Of a stretch of 38,860 nt of DNA, positions 10,876 to 21,528 are shown one piece after another; the stretch's first letter is position 1, and each line of letters starts with the position of its first letter. The notes beneath the pieces were generated by a model. That model saw only the letters and a program-made list of their open reading frames with translations. It was not told the origin of the DNA and searched no databases. The stretch lies in NCBI GenBank assembly GCA_027923505.1, contig BROI01000019.1:682001-720860 (forward strand), given 5' to 3'. This stretch comes from Mayamaea pseudoterrestris. Lineage: Eukaryota. The position numbers were made by a program, and so were the translations under genes.

Positions 10876-12046
10876 ATGATGAAGTTTGTCCTGATATGCA
10901 GCTTGTTATCGTCGGCAGCGGCATTTGCGCCATCAATATCCAACACGCGAAGGGGATCGGTACGTCGAAAACGTCACGCATGCAACATCATAGATTAAAG
11001 TACTTTCAATTCTCATTATACATTCTGCCACTCTTTCCTTACAGTCGCTCTACATGGCAGAAGATACTGCATCGAAACCGCTTCGCATTGGAACTCGAGG
11101 ATCTCCTCTGGCACTCGCACAAGCCTACGAGACTCGCAAGCGTCTCCAGGAACAATTCGAGGAACTTCGCCCCGACGGCATGATTGAGATTTGCGTTCTC
11201 AAGACACAAGGTGACATGATTCTTGACAAGTCGCTCATGGAGCTCGGAGGAAAAGGATTGTTCACAAAGGAACTTGATACTGCCCTGCTTGGAAATGAAG
11301 TTGATATTTGCGTGCATTCCATGAAGGATGTTCCAACATGGTTGCCAGACGGCACGATCCTTCCATGCAACTTGCCACGAGAAGACACCAACGATGCCTT
11401 CATCTCGGGTGATCCAGCCATTAAGCGACCGAGCGATCTGCCAGACAATGCCGTCATTGGAACTGCTAGTCTTCGCCGACAGGCGCAGTTGCTTGCCATC
11501 AACCCCACTTGGAAGTGCGTCAACTTTCGAGGCAACGTGCAGACGCGCCTGCGCAAACTTGATGATGGCGTCGTGGATGCAACGCTCCTAGCCATTGCCG
11601 GCCTCAAGCGCATGGACATGGATGGGTGTGCCACATCCGTCTTGGACTGGGACGAAATGCTTCCTGCCGTTGCCCAGGGCGCCATTGGCATTCAGTGTCG
11701 ATCGGACGATGAGCGCTCGCTAAAGTACATTGACGCGTTGAACCACCCGCCCACCAAGGCGTGCGTCGACTGCGAGCGTGCCTTCTTGGAGGCGCTCGAT
11801 GGAAACTGCAAGACGCCAATCGCCGGCCAGGCTCGCATTGTTGACGACAAGATTCTATTCAAGGGACTCATTGCCATGCCCGATGGATCTGTCAAGTACG
11901 AAACCGAATCTGAAGGTGCCATTGAGGATGCCAAAAAGATTGGAAGAGCAGCGGGTGAGAAGCTAAAGGCGGAGGCGGGAGAAAAGTTCTTTGAAATGAT
12001 GGTGGAAATGAGTCCGCAACAAGTGCTTGGACAAATTACAAAGTAA
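10876..12046 (+). CDS. hemC: Porphobilinogen deaminase (hydroxymethylbilane synthase), plastid-targeted; exons 10876-10959 and 11045-12046
   Basis: Exon 1 MMKFVLICSLLSSAAAFAPSISNTRRGS (ASAFAP-type) splices in frame to SLYMAEDT...; LRIGTRGSPLALAQ, GGKGLFTKELD, VHSMKDVP, GTASLRRQAQL, FRGNVQTRLRKL, LDGNCKTPIAG. Confidence 0.97.
10960..11044 (+). other. Spliceosomal intron (85 nt) in hemC
   Basis: GTACGT...TTCCTTACAG; removal joins the presequence in frame to the enzyme domain. Confidence 0.9.
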
Positions 12047-12411
12047 ATGTCATGTAATAACATATTCTACTGGGTCATTAAGCAATGGAATGTATGACGT
12101 AGTGGGCGCTCAACTACTTTCTTACGATAGATCATAATTTTGAAAGGCGAATCAGAGGCCTTCTGTGTTGCTCCCCACGACGTAGACTACAGCACGCCCG
12201 CTTTTGAACGTATATAAAGGCCTTAAAGACATTTATATATAATCTCAATTTATTCAAATAGTGTAATGACGGGCCTGGAGCCTGCCCGAAGACTGTTTCC
12301 CACTAGACGAAGCATCGATTGTCCCTTTCCGCGATGCCTCCTTCCATCTTGCACGAGAGTGTACCAGTTCTTTTCATGAGCCGTTTCACTGCTCATATTA
12401 TTATCCCCCAT

Positions 12412-13122
12412 TCATTCCAGATCACTTCCATGCAGCAATCCTTCTCTCATTTCATTATAGTATCGACCTGCGTCGTCCTCGTTGCTGCTAAAGAGAATCG
12501 TATTCAAGCCGGCTCCCCCACCTCCCCCACGCGAGCTCCGCCACGGCATTTTGCTCTTGACCCACTCGGTACACTGCGAGAGTCGCAACAAGATGGTTTG
12601 CGTGCACTGCATGCGAATGAAGACGAGCCAAAGTCCCCGACAGAAAAAGTAGATTCGGTAGCGATGGCTCATGATGGCGCCAAACAACAACACACTCAGC
12701 ACCAGCAGAATGCACCAGGCCAGCGTCTTGGCGAGAATGCGCAAAAAGGACAATTCATTCTGCGGCGGAGGTACTGGCGGCAATACCGGCGTTGGAGCCG
12801 TCGTGTACTGCTTGGAGGATGGAGCTTTCGTGGGCGATGCACTTGTAGGAACATGCGAATGGTTCTTGTGGTGATGATGATGGCGCGACGGAGCTTGACT
12901 GGGGGAAACAGTTGATAGACTAAATGGTGCTTCTGTTGCATTGTGATTTCCTGGTGGCGGTGCAACGTTTGGAGGATCCGCCGTTGGATGTATGGAATGC
13001 GGAGGAATCGAATGGATATTGGGAGTCGGTGCTGGCGTCGTCTCATCGGCGACGGCAAACATGCTACTCCAAATTCCTAGCAGCAGCATTATTCGCAGCG
13101 CTGACCTTCTCAAGCAAATCAT
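12412..13122 (-). CDS. Hypothetical type-I membrane protein (signal peptide, Pro/Thr/His-rich ectodomain, one TM helix)
   Basis: 236-aa ORF with a hydrophobic signal (IMLLLGIWSSMFAVA), low-complexity PTP/His run, TM segment LAWCILLVLSVLLFGAIM and C-terminal EMREGLL dileucine-like motif. No family recognised. Confidence 0.75.
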   Translation of the reverse strand: MICLRRSALRIMLLLGIWSSMFAVADETTPAPTPNIHSIPPHSIHPTADPPNVAPPPGNHNATEAPFSLSTVSPSQAPSRHHHHHKNHSHVPTSASPTKAPSSKQYTTAPTPVLPPVPPPQNELSFLRILAKTLAWCILLVLSVLLFGAIMSHRYRIYFFCRGLWLVFIRMQCTQTILLRLSQCTEWVKSKMPWRSSRGGGGGAGLNTILFSSNEDDAGRYYNEMREGLLHGSDLE

Positions 13123-13444
13123 TGTGTAAGTTATGCTGTTGCTGTTATGGAAACGGTATATAGAATTAGCGGAGTAGAATGGTCGGCCGGTCGACCAGTT
13201 CCCTTCGATGTGTGAGCGCGCGCATCCATTCGGATCTTCAGGATGTCGTACCGTGAATAGGCTTCTTTTCAGTCCCGGACGATCTTTCCACGTTGCAGTC
13301 GCGCTGCGTCATGGCATAAGCGACAACCACCATGAGGACACCAAATCGCGCGTCTACGTCGATACGATTGCCTTCATTCGAGGGCAGCAGGTTAAGCAGA
13401 GAGCAGGAGCGACTGTAAGCTTAAAGTAAAATTTTTACTAGCAG

Positions 13445-15371
13445 ATGAGTAGGATGAAGCGTTTCTCCTCGACGGCATCGAATATCATAGTCGTCTCCTG
13501 CTGGTGCTCATTCATGTTGATGAGGACCATGACAGTCCAGGCATTTGCGCCTCTCGCGAATCCTGTTATCATTTCAGGATCCAAGCTAGTTAATCAAAAT
13601 ACGCCATATCAGAAACCGGCTGCGTATACGACAAGGTCACTGCATCAACTATCCATGAGCAGTAGCATTCAAAAGACTATTCAATCCTTTGCCGACAAGC
13701 TACCGTCCACCAAGGTCGTTCAATCTGTTGAGCAACTCCAAAGGAACAGTCAGTCCATCATTGCCAGCGATGTTGCAGCATCCGCCGGAGTGTCTCTTTC
13801 ACAAGCCCGCCGTGACTTGACGACGCTGGCGGCCATTTCGCAGGGCGACATTTCTGTCAGTCGCGACGGCGAGTTGCTCTACAACTTTCCAACCAATCTG
13901 CAAGCGTCATTGGCAAGCAAGTCGGCGCAATACAAGACGCGCGAACTGTTCGAAAAAGCATGGCCTACCTTGTTTTGGGGAGTTCGTGTCACTTTTGGAG
14001 TGGCGCTGCTGGCGAGTGTTGTCGCCATTTTTTCGACAATATTCTTCATTTCCACGGCAAGTAGTAATAGTGATAACGATGACCGACGTCGAGGCAATCG
14101 AAATAGTTTTGGTGGTGGTGGTGGTGGTTTTGGATTCAGCTACTGGTTTGGGCCGTCGCCGTTTGATGTATTCTACTATCGCCCGTACGGATCCTATGGA
14201 GCTTATGGACGTCGATCCATAGAAGATGATGGCGAAATGGGTTTCTTGGAATCGATTTTTAGCTACATCTTTGGAGACGGAGATCCAAATCAACGATTGG
14301 AGGAGCGGCGACTTCAGCTGGCCTCGCAGATGATTCGTCAAAATCAAGGAGCTGTGACCGCGGAGCAGTTGGCGCCGTTTTGCGACGACTTGCCGGATCT
14401 AACGAGGCAGCTGGAAGCGACATTTGTTGATGAGGTGAGTTTTTTTGATTATTGATCGATCGCTGATAGCTTTACTATACAGAAAGCACTGACGGTGCTT
14501 CTTGTTGTTTCTGCACTAGAGCTTTGTCTTGCCGATTGTCACAGCGCTAAACGGAGAACCGCAGGTTACCGAAGAGGGAGAGATTGTATACGTGTTTCCA
14601 GATCTGCAAGTCTCGACAGGTGTGTCTGCACCACAGCCAGTACGGTCATCGGAAGCTTCCGTGTTGAAGCGAGCCGGCATTTCACCTCGAGCAACCAATC
14701 GTGATATCCAGCGACTGCTAGAATACAACGGAATATCCTCCCGCGGAGTCATTGAGCGAGCCGAGCTCATTGCCTTGCTAGAAAAAGCCTTGCCACCGCC
14801 GTCGCCGCGGGAGCGGGCTGCCATGATGGACGACGACCCAGCCGTCTTGCAGGAACAGGAGCTGGAGTTTAGTTTGGCGCCCGACATTAACAAGTTTCTG
14901 GCCGGCGGACTCGGTGTGCTGAATCTTGGAGGTGCATTGTACCTTGGTAACCTGTTTTCGCAAGCCGCGTTATACTCGGTGAAGTTGCCTGGCATTTACG
15001 GAGCTGTCCAAGCTTTTTACCCGGCACTATTGGCCTATGCGGTATTGTTTAACATTATCCCGCTGGTTCGAAACCTTTACATTAAACGAGAAAATGCCAA
15101 GATTCAACTACGCAACCAGCGTCGCAAGCAGTGGAAGGATGCTCTCCAACTTGCCATTGGCAATACGCGCAGTCGGATTGGAAGCAAGATTCAGGCGGCG
15201 CGACGATTTGGACTCAAGGTCAAGCGGCTGGGCAGCAGTCCTAGCGATGTTATTTTCGATACTCGACAGGAGATTGACGTGATTGAAAAGCAGCGCGAAT
15301 CGGATGCCTTGAAGCAGTTCGATCAGCAACTCCGCAAGGCTGAGCAGGAGCAAGACAATTCGTTCCAGTAA
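13445..15371 (+). CDS. At5g03900-like conserved plastid membrane protein; exons 13445-14434 and 14520-15371
   Basis: Signal peptide + VQA-FAP; SDVAASAGVSLSQARRDLTTLA..GDISVSRDGELLYNFP, RVTFGVALLAS, FLESIFSYIFGDGDPN..LEERR..IRQNQGAVTAEQLAPF; splicing gives DE|SFVLPIV..NGEPQVTEEGEIVYVFPDLQ. Confidence 0.85.
14435..14519 (+). other. Spliceosomal intron (85 nt)
   Basis: GTGAGT donor, CACTGAC branch-like site, CACTAG acceptor; restores frame. Confidence 0.88.
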
Positions 15372-15642
15372 AACTTGACTTGGAATGGCTCGGCGCGTCG
15401 AGCTGATGCAGCAGGCGATACAGCTTAGAAGAATATTGTTACATATTTATATTAGAGTCTGAACGTTTGGTTCAGTCGAGTAAGTACTTTTGCTGACCGC
15501 ATTATACAACATTATACAATAGTAACATCGACGAGGTTGTCAGTCGCCAAAAAAATGATGTCACACTCATCACCGCTGCGACTTGCAGGCGCTGCCATGA
15601 AACGCGGCCGAATCGACCATCACAAAAACAACTTGCCAAACC

Positions 15643-17568
15643 ATGTTGAAACAAAGTCATCTCCATTTCACGAGACGACGACTTGGACTGTTTTTCTGTC
15701 TCGTTATAGCATCAGCTGCAGCATTTGCAGTGAATTCGCGAACAAGGTTTCCAGCATTAAATTTTCGATTGTCAGCGACAAATAATAATGATTCAACCTC
15801 GTCGGACGCAGCAATTCAATCCGATCCATCATCCGCATCCAAAGCGTCAATGTATGCCAGCGCTGTCTTGGAGAAGATTGTAACACTTCGAGACGAAGCG
15901 CGAGAATATGCAGAGTCGTTTGGTTTGGGCGAGTTCGAGGCCGAAACGTATGCTCTCTTTCGGGCCATTCGTAAAACGCCAGTGCCGCTAGGTTTAAAGG
16001 GACAACCGTTTGTTTTGCGACACTCCGAGTTGGCGCAAGCGCATGGCAGAAATGAAGCAGATCTATCAACAAGAAACTGGTTCACTATGAAGGATCTGGA
16101 GCAAGCATGCCGCGACGACTTTTTGGATGCCGCACGTGGAAGTACCAACAGTCAAAAGCCTTGGCAGATTTCCGCCGTTTCCATTCCCCGCGCCGACTCG
16201 TTTGAAGCGGCGCGCATGACCTACGAGGACGTATGCACAGCACTAGAGCAGGGGACTGTCATTTTCAATGCGGCTGGTGCGCACATTCCAAAATTAGCTG
16301 GACCGTCCTTGGCCGCGTGTGACGCAACGAGCTTGCCGTGCGCCTTGAATTTGTACGTGACGGCGCCCAAAATGAAGACGAGCGCACCTCCTCATACGGA
16401 CAAGCAGGATGTCATAGTCATGCAAACGAGCGGACGAAAGAGTTGGAAGATCTTTTCGATTCCGAATCCGGCGCACAAACCGCAGGCCGATATTTTTGCT
16501 CGAGGCAAGATGGAAGATAGTTTGCCGCTGCATACACTGACAGCGAACAAAGACAATCTACTGGTTGAGACGACACTGCATCCTGGCGATGTCATGTTTT
16601 GTCCAGCTGGCTTTCCGCACACGACTAGTACTGTCAATGATAATGACGGCGATGCCAGTGCAAAGGATGCCAGCCTACACTTGACACTTGGGCTGGACCA
16701 TCACATTTGGGAGCTCGACTATCTACAATCGAGGCGACTGGCGCTCAAGCGACAAGGCGTGGTTGATGTTGCGCTTGGGCAAACCAAGGATAGCGACAAC
16801 CCGTTTGTCGGCAGAGTGAACGAGCTACCGTTGTGGCTGCTAGCAGACATTCTTGCGGAGCTACCACTGGGGCTGCTGGACGAGGATGAAGAGACTGAAG
16901 ATAGAATTCAATCCATCTCTGCTGAGTTGGAACGTATCAGCCAACAGATTAATTCTGTGACCGCTGGTTTTGTCAACACCACAACCTGGAATGAGACTGT
17001 CCGACGAGTGCGTCAACAAGGAATTGAGATTTACGAGATACATCGGGACATGTACTTGGCAGCACTTGACGAAGGACGGCTACGAGAGGCAGAGCGAGCC
17101 ATGACGGCTCACTTGGATCAAACATCAAGCAGTCACTCCATGACTCCTGAACGGATACAGCGCCTGAGCTTGTTTCGAGTTAAAAAGTATTTCGACAAGA
17201 TTAATGATAGCAAGTCAGCACTGCAGACATGGTCGTGTAGTGGAAACGCTGCCGATGAAAGTATTTTGAACGTAGTTGCGAGTCTTCCGAAAAACTGGCA
17301 GTATACGCTTCCAATTCAAGTCGGCGACGAGGTAGAGGCCGATCTCGGAGGTGCCTTCTTCCCTGCTCGAGTAACCGGAAAGTCTGATGCGACGTACGAC
17401 GTTCGGTTTTTCGACGGCGATAAGGAATACGGTCTCGAACGAAGCATGCTCAAGCTTATGAACCCCCCATCGAGCACTTTGCATGATGGCGTGGACACTT
17501 CTGCTATGACCAAGAAGGAGCTAAAAAAACTGAAAAAGGAGCAAGATAAGTTGCTACGGTCAAAATAA
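15643..17568 (+). CDS. JmjC/Cupin_4 2-oxoglutarate oxygenase (ribosomal oxygenase NO66/MINA/RoxA-like) with C-terminal Tudor-like domain, probably plastid-targeted
   Basis: NLYVTAP...PPHTDKQDVIVMQTSGRKSWKIF (HxD) and LHPGDVMFCPAGFPHT (distal His), SLHLTLG. C-terminal VGDEVEADLGGAFFPARVT..TYDVRFFDGD Tudor-like segment. N-terminal SAAA-FAV presequence. Confidence 0.85.
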   Translation: MLKQSHLHFTRRRLGLFFCLVIASAAAFAVNSRTRFPALNFRLSATNNNDSTSSDAAIQSDPSSASKASMYASAVLEKIVTLRDEAREYAESFGLGEFEAETYALFRAIRKTPVPLGLKGQPFVLRHSELAQAHGRNEADLSTRNWFTMKDLEQACRDDFLDAARGSTNSQKPWQISAVSIPRADSFEAARMTYEDVCTALEQGTVIFNAAGAHIPKLAGPSLAACDATSLPCALNLYVTAPKMKTSAPPHTDKQDVIVMQTSGRKSWKIFSIPNPAHKPQADIFARGKMEDSLPLHTLTANKDNLLVETTLHPGDVMFCPAGFPHTTSTVNDNDGDASAKDASLHLTLGLDHHIWELDYLQSRRLALKRQGVVDVALGQTKDSDNPFVGRVNELPLWLLADILAELPLGLLDEDEETEDRIQSISAELERISQQINSVTAGFVNTTTWNETVRRVRQQGIEIYEIHRDMYLAALDEGRLREAERAMTAHLDQTSSSHSMTPERIQRLSLFRVKKYFDKINDSKSALQTWSCSGNAADESILNVVASLPKNWQYTLPIQVGDEVEADLGGAFFPARVTGKSDATYDVRFFDGDKEYGLERSMLKLMNPPSSTLHDGVDTSAMTKKELKKLKKEQDKLLRSK

Positions 17569-17894
17569 TGCATGCTTACGAAGCCAAGGTATAAGACTTG
17601 AAGCCATTTGTTACAATGAGTGATATGCGGTAGTAAATCTACCGTACCTGCGGTTCAGTATTTGGAGGAAGTAGACTATCGTTACGCTGCGGCACGAACA
17701 TTCGATGCCGTGAAGAAGTAAGTACCGTAGTCATCGCACCGCGTCTCACCTTCGTTTGCAATGACTTCGCCGCGACCCGCTTTCTAATACCACAAGTTTC
17801 CGTCGCTTCTCACCCGACGAAACGGCCGCAGTGCGCAAATCCACTAATAGTAGCTTTTTAACCTTTCCCTTACTCTGCCATTGCCGTCACAAGC

Positions 17895-18536
17895 ATGGAG
17901 GCTGCAACAAGGTTGCCATTCCCGGCGTGGAGCTCCTTCTGCCACCATGGCTACGAGTCAGCGCGCTCAGATGGAACTGATCCCTACAAAGAAGCGACGA
18001 ACGAAGTTGTTCGCTATGTATACCTTCATGGAAGTGATGCTACTTTTGGGGACGTCGTAAAAAGTACGGGTCAATTTTTGGTGACACTATGCGCCGCAAG
18101 ATTATTGCCACTGGACTGAAATGGATCAAGGCGTCGTACGGGAAAGCGGACGAACTTGATTTAGTTTGTGATCGTTTGTATGCCATGACCTTCCTCATCT
18201 CTCTCATTGAATCAAACAAAATACGGGTACGAGAAACAACAGCCAGGGCATATCAATAGGTCAACACTGACGAGTCACCGAAACATTTTCTTGTACTACT
18301 TGGAACGTGCCCCTTGTGATTGTTTCTATCTATTAATGGATTTGACGCGTTCTGTGCAAGAAGTGGAGATGTGCGTTAGAGAAGGCTGCAAAGTTACTTT
18401 GACTGTCACAAGCATGCTGGAATGCACCAAGTGCCGCGTAGCGTCATACTGCTCTGTAGCCTGCCAAGCAAAAGATTGGGCGGAACACAAAACTCATTGC
18501 AAAAATCTGCAAAAGATGCAGCACCTGCATACATAA
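17895..18536 (+). pseudogene. MYND zinc-finger protein gene broken by about two frameshifts (pseudogene or sequencing error)
   Basis: Frame 1 MEAATR..FCHHG.., a middle frame RKIIATGLKWIKASYG..FLISLIE, and a last frame RNIFLYYLERAPCDCF...CVREGC..CTKCRVASYCSVACQAKDWAEHKTHC (MYND). No clear GT-AG intron explains the shifts near 18095 and 18215. Confidence 0.7.
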
Positions 18537-18559
18537 AATTAAAGGGAAGTAACTATAAT

Positions 18560-19165
18560 GTTGTAGTTATGCAAGCAGAATAGATTGGTGCGAGCTTCTT
18601 GCCAGCAGTCTCAGACAGCTGATGCCATGATTTCTAGGAATCAGCATACAGTATGCCTGAATCAAACAAGAACGTGCCAACATTCTAATTTAGGCTTCTC
18701 TACAAGATGTCATGATTGTCCGGTGCATTCAATGCAGCAATGCCATGGGTGAAACTTCACACCAGTCCCAGCAAATGACAACGGCAACTTTCAGCAGCCC
18801 ATTCTCAAAGCCATCCCCATGACCAATAGACACCAGAACGGTGCCAACATTGTTTTTCTGTCTGCGCTACAAGATGGTATGCCTGGTTGGTGTCTCAATA
18901 GACTGCAATGTGATTGGTGAAAAGTTGTCGCCAGTCTCAGCCAGCAGATGTTGTGACATGCAAATGCCCATACATCAAGCCATGTAGACACCCAAATTAC
19001 ACAAGAATGGTGCCAACATCATTATTGAGGTTGCGCTACAATATGTTATGACTAACTGGTGGTTCAGTAGACTGCAATGTGATTAGTGACAAGTTGTCAC
19101 CAGTCTCAACCTGCAGATGCCTTGACATTGAATTGCCCATATAACATGCCATGTATACATCCAAG
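18560..19165. repeat. Satellite family C: about 3.5 diverged copies of a ~168-bp monomer
   Basis: CTACAA(G/T)ATG recurs at 18700, 18867 and 19036. GAA(C/T)(G)GTGCCAACAT and GATT(G/A)GTG...CAGTCTCA recur at the same period. Confidence 0.8.
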
Positions 19166-21525
19166 CCATGGACCTTGTCAAGCACCTTCTGTGGATTGCA
19201 GTAGCAGGTTAAGATTCTTGGTGGCCAGGTTGCATCACTTTACATATCCCATCTGAATCTATGACGTGGTGAAATTACTTGGAGGAACCTACTTGCTATA
19301 TTCATGCATAACCACTGGCTGACTGGCTTCCAAATTGGAACATCTCAACCTTTGACTTTGTCAAACATCTTATCCTGATTGCCACGGCATGCTCAGAATC
19401 GTGCTAGCAAGGCTGGATCATTACATACTCCCAACTGAAACTTTGCTGTGTTTGGCACATGGAACACCCTACTTGTTTCAGTCTCAGTCACACCACAGCC
19501 ACTGCCAGAGCACCTGCTGATTTCAAAGTTCCAAGCCTTGGACCTTGTCAAGCACCTTCTGCGGATTGCAGTAGCAGGTTCAGATTCTTGGTGGCCAGGT
19601 TGCATCACTATACAAATCTTATCTGAAACTTTGATGTGGTAGAACCACTTGGAGGAATCTACTTGCTAAATTCACGCATAACCACTGGCTGACTGGCTTC
19701 CAAATTGGAACATTGCAACCTTTGACTTTTTCATACATCTTATCCTGATTGCCATGGCATGCTCAGAATCATGCTAGCAAGGTTGGATCATTACATAAAT
19801 CCCAACTGAAACTTTGCTGTGTTTGGCGAATGGAACACCCGACTTGTTTCAGTCTCAGTCACACCACAGCCACTGGCAGAATTGCTGCCATTTTCAAGTT
19901 CCAAGCCTTGGACCTTGCCAAGCACCTTCTGTGGATTGCAGTAGCAGGTTCAGAGTCTTGGTGGCCAGGTTGCATCACTACGCAAATCCCATCCGAATCT
20001 ATGATGTGGTGGAACCACTTGGAGGACCCTACTTGTTATATTCACGCATAACCATTGGCTGACTGGCTTCTTAATTAAAACATCTCAACCTTTGACTTTG
20101 TCAAACATCTTATCCTGATTGCCATGGCATGCTCAGAATCATGCTAGCAAGGTTGGATCATTACATAAATCCCAACTGAAACTTTGCTGAGTTTGGCACA
20201 TGGAACACCCTACTTGTTTCAGTCTCAGTCACACCACAGCCACTGCCAGAACTGCTGCTGTTTTCAAAGTTTAAAGCCTTGGACCTTGTCAAGCACCTTC
20301 TATGGATTGCAGTAGCAGGTTCAGATTCTTTGTGGCCAGGTTGCATCACTATGCAAATCCAATCTGAATCTTTGACGTGGTGAAATTACTTGGTGGAACC
20401 ATTTTTCTATATTCACGCATAACCACTGGCTGACTAGCTTCCAAATTGGAACATTTGTCAAACATCTTATCCTGATTGCCATGGCATGCTCAGAGTCATG
20501 CTAGCAAGGTTGGATCATCACATAAATCCCAACTGAAACTTTGCTGTGTTTGGCACATTGAACACTTTTTTTGTTTCAGTCTCAGTCTCAGTCACACCAC
20601 AGCCACTGCCAGAATAGCTGCTGTTATCAAAGTTCCAAGCCTTGGACCTTGTCAAGCACCTTCTGCGGATTGCAGTAGCAGGTTCAGATTCTTGGTGGCC
20701 AGGTTGCATCACTATACAAATCCCATCTGAAACATTGATGTGGCGGAACCACTTGGAGGACCATACTTGCTATATTCACGCAATACCACTGGCAGACTAG
20801 CATCCAAATTGAAACATCGCAACCTTTGACTTTGTCAAACATCTTATCCTGATTGCCATGGCATGCTCAGAATCATGCTAGCAAGGTTGGATCATTACAT
20901 ATATCCCAACTGAAACTTTGCTGTGTTTGGCAAATGGAACACCCTACTTGTTCTAGTCTCAGTCACACCACAGCCACTGCCAGAACAGCTGCTGTTTTCA
21001 AAGTTCCAAGCCTTGGACCTTGTCAAGCACCTTCTGTGGATTGCAGTAGCAGGTTCAGATTCTTGTTGGCCAGGGTGCATCACTATACAAGTCCCATCTG
21101 AAACATTGATGTGGTGGAGTTACTTGGAGGACCCTACTTGCTATATTCATGCATAACCCCTGGCTGACTAGCTTCCAAATTGGAACATCTCAACCTTTTA
21201 CTTTGTCAAACATCTTATTTTAATTGCCATGCCATGCTCAGAATCATGCTAGCAAGGTTGGATCATCACATAAATCCCAACTGAAACTTTGCTGTGTTTG
21301 GCACATAAAACACCCTACATGTTTCAGTCTCAGTCACACTACAGACACTGCCAGAGGAGCTGCAGTTTTTAAAGTTCCAAGCCCAAGCCTTGGACCTTGT
21401 CAAGCACCTTCTGCGGATTGCAGTAGCAGGTTCAGATTCTTGGTGGCCAGGGTGCATCACTATACAAATCCCATCTGAAACATTGATGTGGTGGAACCAC
21501 TTGGAGAAACCTTCTTGCTATATAT
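19161..21525. repeat. Satellite family A: about 6.4 copies of a ~370-bp unit (dimer of ~187+183-bp monomers)
   Basis: CCTGATTGCC anchor at 19374, 19744, 20114, 20471, 20848 and (variant) 21219; high copy-to-copy identity. Confidence 0.97.
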
Positions 21526-21528
21526 CAA

